From Candidatus Firestoneibacteriota bacterium (GTDB lineage Bacteria > Oederibacteriota > D2-FULL-39-29 > JBDRBU01): 53,556 bases of DNA. Within the stretch, counting starts at the first letter, position 1. Each line of letters starts with the position of its first letter. Positions 19,118 through 28,879 of this stretch are shown here, piece after piece. Under the pieces are notes generated by a model that saw nothing but the letters and a program-made list of their open reading frames with translations, searched no databases and had not been told where the DNA came from. The stretch is from positions 1 to 53,556 of the forward strand of contig JBDRBU010000123.1 of assembly GCA_043822305.1 (NCBI GenBank), given 5' to 3'. The translations under genes and the position numbers were made by a program.

Positions 19118-20155
19118 ATGAAAGCAGCGGTTTTTTTAGGTCCGGAAAAGATTGAAATTCAGGAAGTAAAAAAGCCAGAACCCAAACTAGGAGAAGTCTT
19201 AATAAAAATTTTTGCATGTGCTGTTTGTGGAACAGATGTGAGAATATTTTATCATGGTCAGAAAAATGTGGTTCCACCACATATAATTGGACATGAGATA
19301 GCAGGCGAAATAGCAAAGATAGGAAAAGGTGTTAAAGGATTTAAGATTGGAGAAAGAGTAACAGTAGTTACTTCTGTAGGTTGTCAGAAATGTAAATTCT
19401 GCAAAAAGGGTATTTATAATCTTTGTGATACACCACGTTATATTGGATATTATTACCAGGGTGGGTTCGCCGAGTACATGATTATACCTTCTCCGGCTGT
19501 TAAGGGTAATAATATTCTTAAAGTACCCAAAAAATTGGATTTTTTAGAGGTATCTTTAATTGAACCGTTATCATGTGTTATTAACGGCCAGGAGTATTTA
19601 AATATACAAAAAGGAGATACAGTAGTTATTATTGGTGCTGGTCCTATAGGCTGTATGCAGGCTGAAGTTGCACGAGTTAAAGGTGCAAAACAAATTATTC
19701 TTTTTGATATTTCAGACACAAGGTTAAATCTTGCAAAAAGATTTAAAAAAATAACATTAATTAACAGTTTAAAAGAAGATCCTGTTAAAAAAGTTATGAA
19801 ATTAACAAACGGGAATGGAGCAGATGTAATTGTTGTTGCTTGTGGCGTGAATAATGCCCAAGAACAAGCATTAAAGATGGCTGCAAAAAGAGCTAGAATA
19901 AGTTTGTTTGCTGGACTACCCAGAGATAATCCTTACATTAAGTTTGATTCAAATATTATTCATTATAAAGAAGTATCAGTATTTGGTGCTTTTGCTTCAT
20001 ATAGATTGCAATATGAAAAAGCCTTAGATTTAATTTCTTCTAATAAAATAAATGCTAGAAAATTTATAACTAATACTTTCCCGTTAGAAAAAATAGTCGA
20101 AGCAATTGAAACAACAAAGAAAGGGGAGGGATTAAAAGTAGTTGTTACAATTTAA
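19118..20155 (+). CDS. Zn-dependent medium-chain (sorbitol/L-iditol-type) dehydrogenase
   Basis: CGTD, GHE, CQKCKFC...C structural Zn, GAGPIG. Confidence 0.9.
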   Translation: MKAAVFLGPEKIEIQEVKKPEPKLGEVLIKIFACAVCGTDVRIFYHGQKNVVPPHIIGHEIAGEIAKIGKGVKGFKIGERVTVVTSVGCQKCKFCKKGIYNLCDTPRYIGYYYQGGFAEYMIIPSPAVKGNNILKVPKKLDFLEVSLIEPLSCVINGQEYLNIQKGDTVVIIGAGPIGCMQAEVARVKGAKQIILFDISDTRLNLAKRFKKITLINSLKEDPVKKVMKLTNGNGADVIVVACGVNNAQEQALKMAAKRARISLFAGLPRDNPYIKFDSNIIHYKEVSVFGAFASYRLQYEKALDLISSNKINARKFITNTFPLEKIVEAIETTKKGEGLKVVVTI

Positions 20156-20164
20156 GGAGATAAA

Positions 20165-20950
20165 ATGAAATTTAAAAATAAGATAGTTGTTGTCACTGGT
20201 GCAGGTTCTGGTTTAGGTGAAGCCATATCTAAACGGTTTGCAAAAGAAGGGGCTAAAGTTGTTGTGGTTGATATAAATCTTAATCATGCTGAAAAAGTAG
20301 CAAAAGAAATAAAAGTTAAATATAAAAAGCAAACTTTACCACTTTTAGTTGATGTTACTCATGAAAAACAAGTACAAGATATGGTAAAGAATACACTTAA
20401 GAAATTCGGCAAGATTGACATTCTGGTTTCTAATGCAGGAATATTAATTGCTGAAGAAATAACGGAGTTTCCTGTTGATAAGTGGCGTAATGTTATTGAT
20501 GTAAATTTAGTGGGTTATTTTATTTGTGCTAAAGAAGTAGCAAAAGCTATGAAAAATCAAAGGTCAGGTGTAATTATTCAAATTAATTCTAAATCAGGCA
20601 AAAAAGGAAGTTTTAAAAATTCTGCATATGCTGCTTCAAAATTTGGCGGTATTGGATTAACTCAAAGTATGGCCTTAGATTTATCTGCATATGGGATTAG
20701 GGTTAATGCTGTTTGTCCTGGTAATCTTCTTGATTCACCACTATGGGTAAATAGTTTATTTAACCAGTATTCAAAAAAGTGGGGTATTTCAAAAGAAGAA
20801 GTAAAAAAGAAGTACCTTGAACAAATTCCCATCGGAAGAGGATGTACATATGACGATGTGTGTAATGTAGTTACTTTTTTAGCCAGTGATGAATCTTCTT
20901 ATATGACCGGTCAAGCCATAAATGTTACTGGTGGTCAGGAAATGCGGTAA
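20165..20950 (+). CDS. srlD: Sorbitol-6-phosphate 2-dehydrogenase (SDR)
   Basis: TGAGSGLG, INSKSGKKGS..NSAYAASKFGG, GNLLDSP, YMTGQAINVTGGQ, all typical of SrlD/GutD. Confidence 0.85.
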   Translation: MKFKNKIVVVTGAGSGLGEAISKRFAKEGAKVVVVDINLNHAEKVAKEIKVKYKKQTLPLLVDVTHEKQVQDMVKNTLKKFGKIDILVSNAGILIAEEITEFPVDKWRNVIDVNLVGYFICAKEVAKAMKNQRSGVIIQINSKSGKKGSFKNSAYAASKFGGIGLTQSMALDLSAYGIRVNAVCPGNLLDSPLWVNSLFNQYSKKWGISKEEVKKKYLEQIPIGRGCTYDDVCNVVTFLASDESSYMTGQAINVTGGQEMR

Positions 20951-22293
20951 TGGATATTCAGGATTTAGAAAGCAAATTAGATAATTTTGATAAAAAAGTA
21001 AGACTTCAAACCTTAGGTCTTTTGAAAAAGAAAGTTAACGAGAATGAAATAGCAAAAGCGAAGAAAACCAGATTTACTAATTTACATTGTCATACTTTTC
21101 ATTCCTTTAATGCATATGGATATTCACCATCTCATGTTGCCTGGCGTGCTTTTAAAGAAGGATTAGAAGTAATTGGAATAGTAGATTTTGATGTGCTCGA
21201 TGGGGTGGATGAGATACTTGAAGCAGGAAAAATTTTAGGAATAAAGACAGTTGCTGGAATTGAGACAAGAGTATTTGTAAAAGAATACAGTGATAAAGTA
21301 ATAAACTCACCACAAGAAAAGGGAGTATATTATTTTATAGGTAGTGGTTTTCACAGAGAACCTGAGCTAAAATCTAACGAGAGTAAGGTTTTACAAAAAA
21401 TTAAGATTATGGCCAGGGATCGCAATTTATACAGGCTTAAGAAAATAAATGCTCTTTTACATGATGTAAAAATTGATTACGATAAAGATATTTTACCTCT
21501 TACACCTGCCGGGAATGTTACTGAACGTCATATATTTGTTGCCTTAGCTAATAAAGCAGAAAAAATTTATGGTAAAAAAACCAACAAGTTAATTGATTTT
21601 TGGGCTACCAAATTACATATGGAAAATGGTAAAATATCCTCAGTAATAAGCAATCCTCCTGAGTTTCTGGAATTAATCAGGTCTAAGTTAATAAAAGAAA
21701 TTACAACTCGAAATACTGAAACCAAAAGGGATAATTTCCCATCTCTTGAAGAAGTTATTAAGATGGTAGAAAGTGTTGGTGCACTTCCTGCGGCTGCCTG
21801 GTTGGATGGAATAAATGATGGTGAAAAAAATATTAAAGCGTTGACGGAACTATTACTAAAAAAAGGTATCAGGGTTTTAAATATTATCCCTGATCGTAAC
21901 TGGAATATTAAAAATAAAGAAGAAAAGAAAATAAAAGTAAAAAATCTTGATGAAGTGATAAAAGTTGCAGGCGAATTAAATTTGCCGGTTATGGCTGGTA
22001 CAGAGATGAATAAATTCGGGCAAAGATTTGTTGATGATTTTACTTCGCCTGAGTTAAGTTCGTATCTGGAAGTTTTTTGTAATGGAGCATTTTTTGTTTA
22101 CGGACATACTCAAATGGCAAAAAGTTTTGAAAAAGGATATAATAGCCAATGGGCTGAAAAATATTTGCCAAGTTATTCGAAGAGAAATGATTTTTATATA
22201 AAAGTTGGTAAACGTATGCAACCTGATAAGAATTATAATATAAAAGAAGATGCTTTGCCATCCAAGATACTGGATATTTTAAAGGAGGAGTAA
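20950..22293 (+). CDS. Divergent PHP-domain (metal-dependent phosphoesterase-like) protein
   Basis: NLHCHT HxH motif, IVDFD, GIE, GTEMN in PHP-like spacing. Confidence 0.7.
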   Translation: MDIQDLESKLDNFDKKVRLQTLGLLKKKVNENEIAKAKKTRFTNLHCHTFHSFNAYGYSPSHVAWRAFKEGLEVIGIVDFDVLDGVDEILEAGKILGIKTVAGIETRVFVKEYSDKVINSPQEKGVYYFIGSGFHREPELKSNESKVLQKIKIMARDRNLYRLKKINALLHDVKIDYDKDILPLTPAGNVTERHIFVALANKAEKIYGKKTNKLIDFWATKLHMENGKISSVISNPPEFLELIRSKLIKEITTRNTETKRDNFPSLEEVIKMVESVGALPAAAWLDGINDGEKNIKALTELLLKKGIRVLNIIPDRNWNIKNKEEKKIKVKNLDEVIKVAGELNLPVMAGTEMNKFGQRFVDDFTSPELSSYLEVFCNGAFFVYGHTQMAKSFEKGYNSQWAEKYLPSYSKRNDFYIKVGKRMQPDKNYNIKEDALPSKILDILKEE

Positions 22294-23330
22294 TGAAAGC
22301 AGCAGTTTTTGAAGGGATAGAAAAAATTGTAGTTAAAGAAGTAAATAAACCGGTTTGCGGAGAAGATAATATATTGATTAAGGTAAAGGCATGTGCTATT
22401 TGTGGAACAGATGTTAGAACATATCATCATGGAAAAAGTAATGTTGAACCTCCGCAGATAATTGGACATGAAATTTCAGGCATTATAGAAGAAATTGGAA
22501 AAAAAATAAAAAATTTTAAAGTTAGCGATAAAATAGCCGTAGCGGCTATTGTTTCTTGCGGAAAATGTTATTATTGTAAAAAAGGCATGTCAAATTTATG
22601 TGAAAGTTTTACAGCTATTGGTTATGAACATCCGGGTGGATTTGCGGAGTATATGTTAGTTCCGGCTGAGATGATTTTAGATGGCAGTGTTAACAAAATA
22701 CCCGATAATATTTCTTTTGACGAAGCGGCCTTAGCTGAACCATTTGCATGTGCTATTAACGGTCAGGAACTGTCAAGAGTTTCAAATGGCGATAAGGTAG
22801 TTATAGTTGGTGCCGGTCCGATAGGTTGCATGCATATAGCCATAGCAAAAAGCAAGGGTGCCGAGAAAGTTATACTCATAGAATTATCTCCAGAGAGAAT
22901 TGAAATGGCTAAAAAGTTTAAAGCAGATGTATATATTAATGCAAGTATTGAAGATCCGATAAAAAGAGTTCTGGAAGAAACTAATAACAGGGGGGCTGAT
23001 GTTATTATGGTGGCAACATCTTCTGCAAAAGTTCAGGAAATGTCTCTGAAGATGATTGGTTTTCGTGGAAGAATAAACTTTTTTGGAGGATTACCAAAAG
23101 ATAAACCATACATTACTTTAGACAGTAATATTATTCATTATAAAGAAGTTTTTATTAATGGAACTTCAGGATCTTTGCCGAGGCATAATCAAGAAGCATT
23201 AAAGTTGTTTGGTTTAGGAAAAGTACATTCAAAAGATTTTATTACCCATCGATTACCTTTGGAAAAATTAGTAGAAGGCCTGGGCTTAGTAGAATCAGGT
23301 AAAGGATTAAAAGTAGTAATTAATCCGTGA
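22293..23330 (+). CDS. Zn-dependent medium-chain dehydrogenase (paralog of 19118)
   Basis: CGTD, GHE, CGKCYYC...C, GAGPIG. Confidence 0.9.
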   Translation: MKAAVFEGIEKIVVKEVNKPVCGEDNILIKVKACAICGTDVRTYHHGKSNVEPPQIIGHEISGIIEEIGKKIKNFKVSDKIAVAAIVSCGKCYYCKKGMSNLCESFTAIGYEHPGGFAEYMLVPAEMILDGSVNKIPDNISFDEAALAEPFACAINGQELSRVSNGDKVVIVGAGPIGCMHIAIAKSKGAEKVILIELSPERIEMAKKFKADVYINASIEDPIKRVLEETNNRGADVIMVATSSAKVQEMSLKMIGFRGRINFFGGLPKDKPYITLDSNIIHYKEVFINGTSGSLPRHNQEALKLFGLGKVHSKDFITHRLPLEKLVEGLGLVESGKGLKVVINP

Positions 23331-23388
23331 CTTTCCATAATGTAAATAAATAATATTAGGAATGGTTGGTCAATTTATTGACCAGACC
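23328..23388. repeat. Small AT-rich palindromic element (TGACTTTCCATAAT...ATTAGGAATG) followed by a hairpin
   Basis: Similar ~36 bp at 26899-26934. Reverse-complement end CATTATGGAAAGT at 52635. Confidence 0.6.
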
Positions 23389-23399
23389 GTAAAAATATA

Positions 23400-23429
23400 T
23401 TGAAAATAAGACTAAAATTGTGTTATGCT
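23400..23429 (+). promoter_or_regulatory. Putative sigma70 promoter of ftsH
   Basis: TTGAAA, 18 bp spacer, TATGCT, with TG extended -10. Confidence 0.5.
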
Positions 23430-23437
23430 ATTAAAGA

Positions 23438-23519
23438 GTAAATAGTCAGTGAAAGCCGTGAGGATTATATTCCCCCTTTGTTAAGGGGGAATTAAAAATT
23501 AGAGGGCTCGAATATTTAC
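23438..23519 (+). mobile_element. GTAA-ended MITE copy in the ftsH leader
   Basis: GTAAATAGTCAGTGAAAGCC...AGAGGGCTCGAATATTTAC. Internal sequence resembles the 18995 copy. No clean target duplication. Confidence 0.75.
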
Positions 23520-23536
23520 TAACGAGGAGGTAAAAA

Positions 23537-25462
23537 TTGAAAAACAATATTAAAGGTATAGTCATATGGTTATCGGTGTTTTTGTTGCTATATGTATTAG
23601 CTGACACACTTTTAAATAGGAGAGTTTCACAGGTTGAGCTCCGTTATGATGAATTTGTAGAAAGTTTAATGAACGGTGAAGTGGAATCAATTATTGTTAA
23701 TGAACTTCAACAAAGGATAGATGGAGATTTAAAGAACAAGAAACATTTTTATGTATATTTTGTTTCTGACCCTGATTTATGGAAACTTTTAAGAGAGAAA
23801 AAAGTGAATTTTTTAGTAAAAGCACCAGATCAATTTTCGTGGTTTGCACTTTTAATTAATTTAGCGCCATTTATCTTTATTGTGCTTATCTTTTATTTTT
23901 TATATAAGCAGATGCAGGGCGCAGGTTCTTCTGCCTTTTCGTTTATAAAAAGTAGAGCAAAATTATTTACTTCCAATCAGCCAAAAGTTACATTTAACGA
24001 TGTCGCTGGAGTTGAAGAAGCGAAGGAAGAGTTAAAAGAAGTAATAATGTTTTTAAAAGAACCCCAGAAGTTTACAAAACTTGGCGGTAAAATTCCAAGA
24101 GGAGTACTTCTTCTTGGAATACCGGGGATAGGCAAGACTCTTTTAGCTCGTGCTGTTGCTGGTGAAGCCGGAGTTCCATTTTTTTCAATAAGTGGTTCTG
24201 ACTTTGTAGAACTCTTTGTGGGTGTTGGTGCGGCCAGAGTAAGAGACTTATTTGAACAAGGAAGGAAAAATGCTCCATGCATTATCTTTATAGATGAATT
24301 AGATGCTGTTGGTCGAAAGAGGGGATCGGGTATTGGTGGTGGACATGATGAAAGAGAGCAAACATTAAATCAATTACTTGTTGAAATGGATGGATTTGAT
24401 ACAAATATAAATGTAATAGTTATGGCTGCAACAAACAGGGACGATGTATTAGATCCAGCCTTACTTAGACCGGGTAGATTTGATAGACGTGTTGTAGTGG
24501 ATCCTCCTAATTTAAAAGGAAGGGAAGAGATTTTAAAGATTCATACAAGAAAAGTGCCAATTTCGAAAGATATAGATTTAAAAGTTGTAGCCAGAGGAAC
24601 CCCCGGCTTTACTGGAGCGGATTTAGCAAATTTAGTAAATGAAGCAGCTTTAATTGCTGCAAAAAAAGACCAAAAAGAAGTTGCAGTAGAAGATATGGAA
24701 GAAGCAAGAGATAAAATCATTATGGGCTTGGAAAAGAAAAGTATTGTTATTGTCGAGAAGGAAAGAAAGACGATGGCTTATCATGAAGGTGGACATGCTT
24801 TAATAGGAAAACTACTTCCAGATGCGGAACCGCTTCATAAAGTTACAATTATTCCAAGAGGAAAAGCATTAGGTGTGACCTGGCATCTTCCCAAAGAAGA
24901 TAGATATACCCGAACCAAACATGAGTTTTTAAATGATATAACAATTCTTATGGGAGGCAGGAGTGCAGAGGAATTATTTTTAAATGATATAACCACAGGT
25001 GCTCAAAATGATTTACATATAGCCACATTAATAGCCCACAAAATGGTATGTGAATATGGGATGAGCAAAGTATTAGGAAATAGGACTTTTGGAAGACCAG
25101 ATAGAGAAATATTTATAGGAGGAGAATATTTTAAAGAGAAGGATTATGGTGAAGATATTGCAAAAGTTATAGATAAAGAAGTAAAAAAAATAATAGATGA
25201 ATGTTATGAAAAAGCAAAGGATTTATTGATTAAAAATAAATATAAATTAGAAAAAATAGCAATCGCTTTACTTGAAAAAGAAATTTTAGATGGACAAGAA
25301 GTTGATGAAATAATAAAAGAAGCAAGCAAAGTGGAGAAAGTGAAGAAAAATGTAGCCGCAGGCTTTAGCCTGCGTGTAGAAGAAGTAAAGAAAATGACAG
25401 ATACGATAACAGAAAAAGCAAAGAAAGAGGGAGATGTTAATAATGAACAAAGCAAAAATTGA
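23537..25462 (+). CDS. ftsH: ATP-dependent zinc metalloprotease FtsH
   Basis: 2 [41 protein letters not shown] start with GAGGAGG RBS. Confidence 0.97.
   Translation: MKNNIKGIVIWLSVFLLLYVLADTLLNRRVSQVELRYDEFVESLMNGEVESIIVNELQQRIDGDLKNKKHFYVYFVSDPDLWKLLREKKVNFLVKAPDQFSWFALLINLAPFIFIVLIFYFLYKQMQGAGSSAFSFIKSRAKLFTSNQPKVTFNDVAGVEEAKEELKEVIMFLKEPQKFTKLGGKIPRGVLLLGIPGIGKTLLARAVAGEAGVPFFSISGSDFVELFVGVGAARVRDLFEQGRKNAPCIIFIDELDAVGRKRGSGIGGGHDEREQTLNQLLVEMDGFDTNINVIVMAATNRDDVLDPALLRPGRFDRRVVVDPPNLKGREEILKIHTRKVPISKDIDLKVVARGTPGFTGADLANLVNEAALIAAKKDQKEVAVEDMEEARDKIIMGLEKKSIVIVEKERKTMAYHEGGHALIGKLLPDAEPLHKVTIIPRGKALGVTWHLPKEDRYTRTKHEFLNDITILMGGRSAEELFLNDITTGAQNDLHIATLIAHKMVCEYGMSKVLGNRTFGRPDREIFIGGEYFKEKDYGEDIAKVIDKEVKKIIDECYEKAKDLLIKNKYKLEKIAIALLEKEILDGQEVDEIIKEASKVEKVKKNVAAGFSLRVEEVKKMTDTITEKAKKEGDVNNEQSKN
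25352..25375 (+). repeat. GTAG REP class 1 copy inside ftsH, in frame (VAAGFSLR)
   Basis: GTAGCCGCAGGCTTTAGCCTGCGT, 24 bp = 8 codons. Confidence 0.85.
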
Positions 25463-26000
25463 AAAAGCGGTTAGAGATATTCTTGTGGCCATAGGCGATG
25501 ATCCTAAACGTGCTGGAATTAAATCTACTCCCAGAAGAGTGGCTAATATGTATGAGGAAATCTTTAATGGAGTAAATAAGGACCCTGGCCAAGAATTAAA
25601 GGTAGTGTATAATGAAGCATATGATGAAATGATACTTCTTAAAGATATTCCATTTTATTCTATGTGTGAGCATCATTTACTTCCATTTATTGGTAAAGCC
25701 CATGTAGCCTATATTCCAGAAAACAATAGAGTAGTTGGATTAAGTAAATTAGCCCGTATGGTGGATGTAATCTCAAAAAAACCACAGCTTCAAGAAAGGC
25801 TTACCACGGAAATAGCAGATACGATCATGAGAGTATTAAAACCAAAAGGTGCTTTAGTGATTGTTCAGGCAGAGCATTTATGTATGACTATGAGGGGAAT
25901 TAAAAAACCCGGATCTAAAATGATAACTTCTGCCGTAAGAGGACTTTTTAAAAAGAATCCCACCACTCGCACTGAGGCATTAGCCCTGATTAAAGAGTAA
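25443..26000 (+). CDS. folE: GTP cyclohydrolase I
   Basis: [39 protein letters not shown] before ATG 25443. Confidence 0.96.
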   Translation: MNKAKIEKAVRDILVAIGDDPKRAGIKSTPRRVANMYEEIFNGVNKDPGQELKVVYNEAYDEMILLKDIPFYSMCEHHLLPFIGKAHVAYIPENNRVVGLSKLARMVDVISKKPQLQERLTTEIADTIMRVLKPKGALVIVQAEHLCMTMRGIKKPGSKMITSAVRGLFKKNPTTRTEALALIKE

Positions 26001-26006
26001 TAAAAA

Positions 26007-26846
26007 ATGATTTTTAAATGCAGAAATTATAAACTTGATCTTTCAAATAAAACCCATATTATGGGTATCTTAAATATTACACCGGATTCATTTTCGGATG
26101 GTGGAAGATTTTTTAAATCTGGATTAGCCGTTAAGCATGCATTAGATATGGTAGAAAATGGAGCTGATATTATAGATATTGGGGGTGAGTCAACCAGACC
26201 AGGTTCAAATCCGATTACAGTTAAAGAAGAGATAAAAAGAGTTTTACCTGTTTTAAAAGAATTGATAAAAAAAACAAAAGTTCCAATCTCGGTTGATACT
26301 TATAAATATGAAGTAGTAAAAGTTGTCTTGGAAGAAGGCGCAAGTATAATAAATGATATAAGCGGTTTACATTTTGATAAAAGAATTGCAAAGTTAATTT
26401 CTAAATATAAAGCCGGGATTGTTATTATGCATATAAAAGGGACACCAAGGAATATGCAGGAGACTCCTCACTATAAAAATGTTATAAAGGAAATAGCGGA
26501 TTATATTAAAGAAGGTATTAAAAATGCAGTTTTAGCTAAGATTGATAGAAGCAGTATTATGATTGACCCGGGTCTAGGATTTGGAAAGACATTAGAACAT
26601 AATTTGGCTATTTTTAAAAGATTAAACGAGTTTAAAAAACTTGGTTTTCCTATTTTAATAGGCCCTTCAAGAAAATCATTTATAGGCAAAATTCTAAATT
26701 TACCAGTTACTGAAAGATTAGAAGGTACATTAGGGGCCGTAGCCGTAAGTATTCTAAATGGTGCAAATGTTATCCGTGTTCATGATGTAAAAGAAGTATA
26801 TAGGGTCACTAGAGTCGTTGAGGCTATAATGAAAGTTAATCGTTAA
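26007..26846 (+). CDS. folP: Dihydropteroate synthase
   Basis: NITPDSFSDGG, GGESTRPG, DPGLGFGK, SRKSFIG, RVHDV. Confidence 0.97.
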   Translation: MIFKCRNYKLDLSNKTHIMGILNITPDSFSDGGRFFKSGLAVKHALDMVENGADIIDIGGESTRPGSNPITVKEEIKRVLPVLKELIKKTKVPISVDTYKYEVVKVVLEEGASIINDISGLHFDKRIAKLISKYKAGIVIMHIKGTPRNMQETPHYKNVIKEIADYIKEGIKNAVLAKIDRSSIMIDPGLGFGKTLEHNLAIFKRLNEFKKLGFPILIGPSRKSFIGKILNLPVTERLEGTLGAVAVSILNGANVIRVHDVKEVYRVTRVVEAIMKVNR

Positions 26847-26885
26847 CAGTTTATAGTGTAAAAATGGATTGGTGGTAGATTGGTG

Positions 26886-26960
26886 GTAGTCGCAGGTTTG
26901 ACTTTCATTAATGTAAAATAAATAATTAGGAATGCACCGCGAAGCGGGTGCGAGCCTGCG
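26886..26960 (+). repeat. GTAG REP class 1 with an insertion in its loop
   Basis: GTAGTCGCAGGTT[TGACTTTCATTAAT...ATTAGGAATGCACCGCGAAGCGGGTGCG]AGCCTGCG. Confidence 0.65.
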
Positions 26961-26984
26961 AAACGTTAATTTGAGGATTATCTT

Positions 26985-27749
26985 GTGGAATCAATGCTTG
27001 ATACATTTAGAGGGATAAGGATAACAGATATAATAGACATTTTGTTACTTTATTTAATGTCTTATTATCTTATAATCTTACTAAAAGAAACAAGAACAAT
27101 GCAAATGTTAAAAGGTTTACTGATTTTACTTGTGGCCTCTTTTATGGCCGGGGTTCTTGAACTTCATACTATAAACTGGATTTTAAGAAATATATGGCCC
27201 ATTTGGGTTATTGCCTTTGTCGTACTATTTCAACCAGAACTCAGGCAGATTTTAGTGGACATTGGGCAAAGAAGATTAAGGATACACGAACTTTTTAGCG
27301 GTGAGGATAAATTGTTTGATACATTAGTTGAAACATGCAAACAAATGTTGAAAAGGAAAATGGGAGGGTTGATTATTTTAGAAAGAGATGTAGGACTAAA
27401 AGAATATATTGAAACAGGTACTAAATTAAATAGCGAGGTAACAACTCCAATTTTACTTACTATTTTTACTCCAAAGACGATATTGCATGATGGAGCCGTA
27501 ATTATAAATCATAGTAAGATTATTTCTGCAGGTTGTATATTGCCTTTAAGTCAAAAAAATGATATTGATAAAGAATTAGGCATGAGGCATAGAGCCGCCA
27601 TAGGTATAACCGAAGAGACAGATGCGGTAGCCTTAGTTATCTCTGAAGATTTAAGAAATATTTCGCTAAGTATTAATGGTAAAATTACCCCAGTTGATAC
27701 AGATAATTTAAAGGAGATGTTGATAATGTATGCTTCTAAAAAATTATGA
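26985..27749 (+). CDS. cdaA: Diadenylate cyclase CdaA/DacA (3 TM + DisA_N)
   Basis: FQPELR, LHDGA, GMRHRAAIG. Confidence 0.93.
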   Translation: MESMLDTFRGIRITDIIDILLLYLMSYYLIILLKETRTMQMLKGLLILLVASFMAGVLELHTINWILRNIWPIWVIAFVVLFQPELRQILVDIGQRRLRIHELFSGEDKLFDTLVETCKQMLKRKMGGLIILERDVGLKEYIETGTKLNSEVTTPILLTIFTPKTILHDGAVIINHSKIISAGCILPLSQKNDIDKELGMRHRAAIGITEETDAVALVISEDLRNISLSINGKITPVDTDNLKEMLIMYASKKL

Positions 27750-28155
27750 TTTGAAAATTTTAACAAATATAATAAAAGGATGGTTTACTAACAATAAAAC
27801 CATAAAGATTTTAGCCTTACTCATTGCTATTGTCTTTTGGGTATATATAGCCAAAGATTCAAATTCTAAGATAACAGTCGATGTAGATTTACAGGTCAGT
27901 ATCCCATCTGATTCAAATTTTGTTATTGTCGGAGATATAATTAAAAATATAACTTTAACTTTATGGGGTCCTAATGATACTGTCCGAGGAATAATTCCTT
28001 CTAAAATTAAAGTTTTCCTTGATATTAAAAATCCCGAGAAGGGAGAAAAAATATTTGTGCTAGGTTCTAAAAATGTTTTTTTACCGGATAAAAAAATTAT
28101 AATATTGGATATTGAGCCAAAAACCATAAAATTGAATTTTCAAAAATTTAAATAA
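27730..28155 (+). CDS. CdaR/YbbR-like regulator (short, single YbbR domain)
   Basis: N..IKILALLIAIVFWVY anchor and ITLTLWGP motif, directly after cdaA. Confidence 0.7.
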   Translation: MLLKNYDLKILTNIIKGWFTNNKTIKILALLIAIVFWVYIAKDSNSKITVDVDLQVSIPSDSNFVIVGDIIKNITLTLWGPNDTVRGIIPSKIKVFLDIKNPEKGEKIFVLGSKNVFLPDKKIIILDIEPKTIKLNFQKFK

Positions 28156-28159
28156 GATT

Positions 28160-28876
28160 ATGCCAAAATTAAATGTAAACATAGACCATATAGCTACATT
28201 AAGGCAGGCTAGGTTAGGCAAAGAGCCATCGGTTATAGATGCGGCTAAATTAGTTGAAAAAGCAGGTGCGGATGGGATAACTGTTCATTTAAGGGAAGAT
28301 AGACGGCATATCCTGGATAAAGATGTATATTTACTACGAAAGATTATAAAAACAAAATTAAATCTTGAAATGGCAGCAGTTTCTGATATAATAGATGTGG
28401 CTTTAAAAGTAAAGCCGGATTGGATAACTTTAGTTCCAGAGAAAAGAAGAGAATTAACAACAGAAGGTGGTTTAAATCTTACAGAAAACAAGAGAAAGTT
28501 AAAAAATTTGGTAAAAAAATTTCATAATGTTGGAATACTTGTAAGTTTTTTTGTTGACGCGGATAAGAATCAAATAAAAATAGCAAAGGAAATTGAGGGA
28601 GATTTTGTTGAAATTCATACGGGTAGATATGCGGATGCAAAGAATAAGAGTGAAATTGAACGAGAGTTTAAAAAAATCAAAGAAGCAGCAATTTATGCAA
28701 AAAATTTAAATTTGGGTATAAATGCAGGACATGGTTTAAATTATACTAATATAAAAAAAGTAGTTAAAATTAAAGAAATTGAAGAATTTAGTATAGGTCA
28801 TAGTATTATATCCAGGGCAGTGTTTTTAGGAATTTATAATGCAGTTAAAGAAATGATTAACACCCTAAAGGAGTAA
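28160..28876 (+). CDS. pdxJ: Pyridoxine 5'-phosphate synthase
   Basis: VNIDHIATLRQAR, HLREDRRHI, LVPEKRRELTTEGG, NAGHGL. Confidence 0.97.
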   Translation: MPKLNVNIDHIATLRQARLGKEPSVIDAAKLVEKAGADGITVHLREDRRHILDKDVYLLRKIIKTKLNLEMAAVSDIIDVALKVKPDWITLVPEKRRELTTEGGLNLTENKRKLKNLVKKFHNVGILVSFFVDADKNQIKIAKEIEGDFVEIHTGRYADAKNKSEIEREFKKIKEAAIYAKNLNLGINAGHGLNYTNIKKVVKIKEIEEFSIGHSIISRAVFLGIYNAVKEMINTLKE

Positions 28877-28879
28877 TTT

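Noticed and set aside
26850..26984. c-di-AMP or other riboswitch upstream of cdaA
   Set aside because: The structure is explained by a REP with an inserted element, and I recognise no riboswitch consensus.
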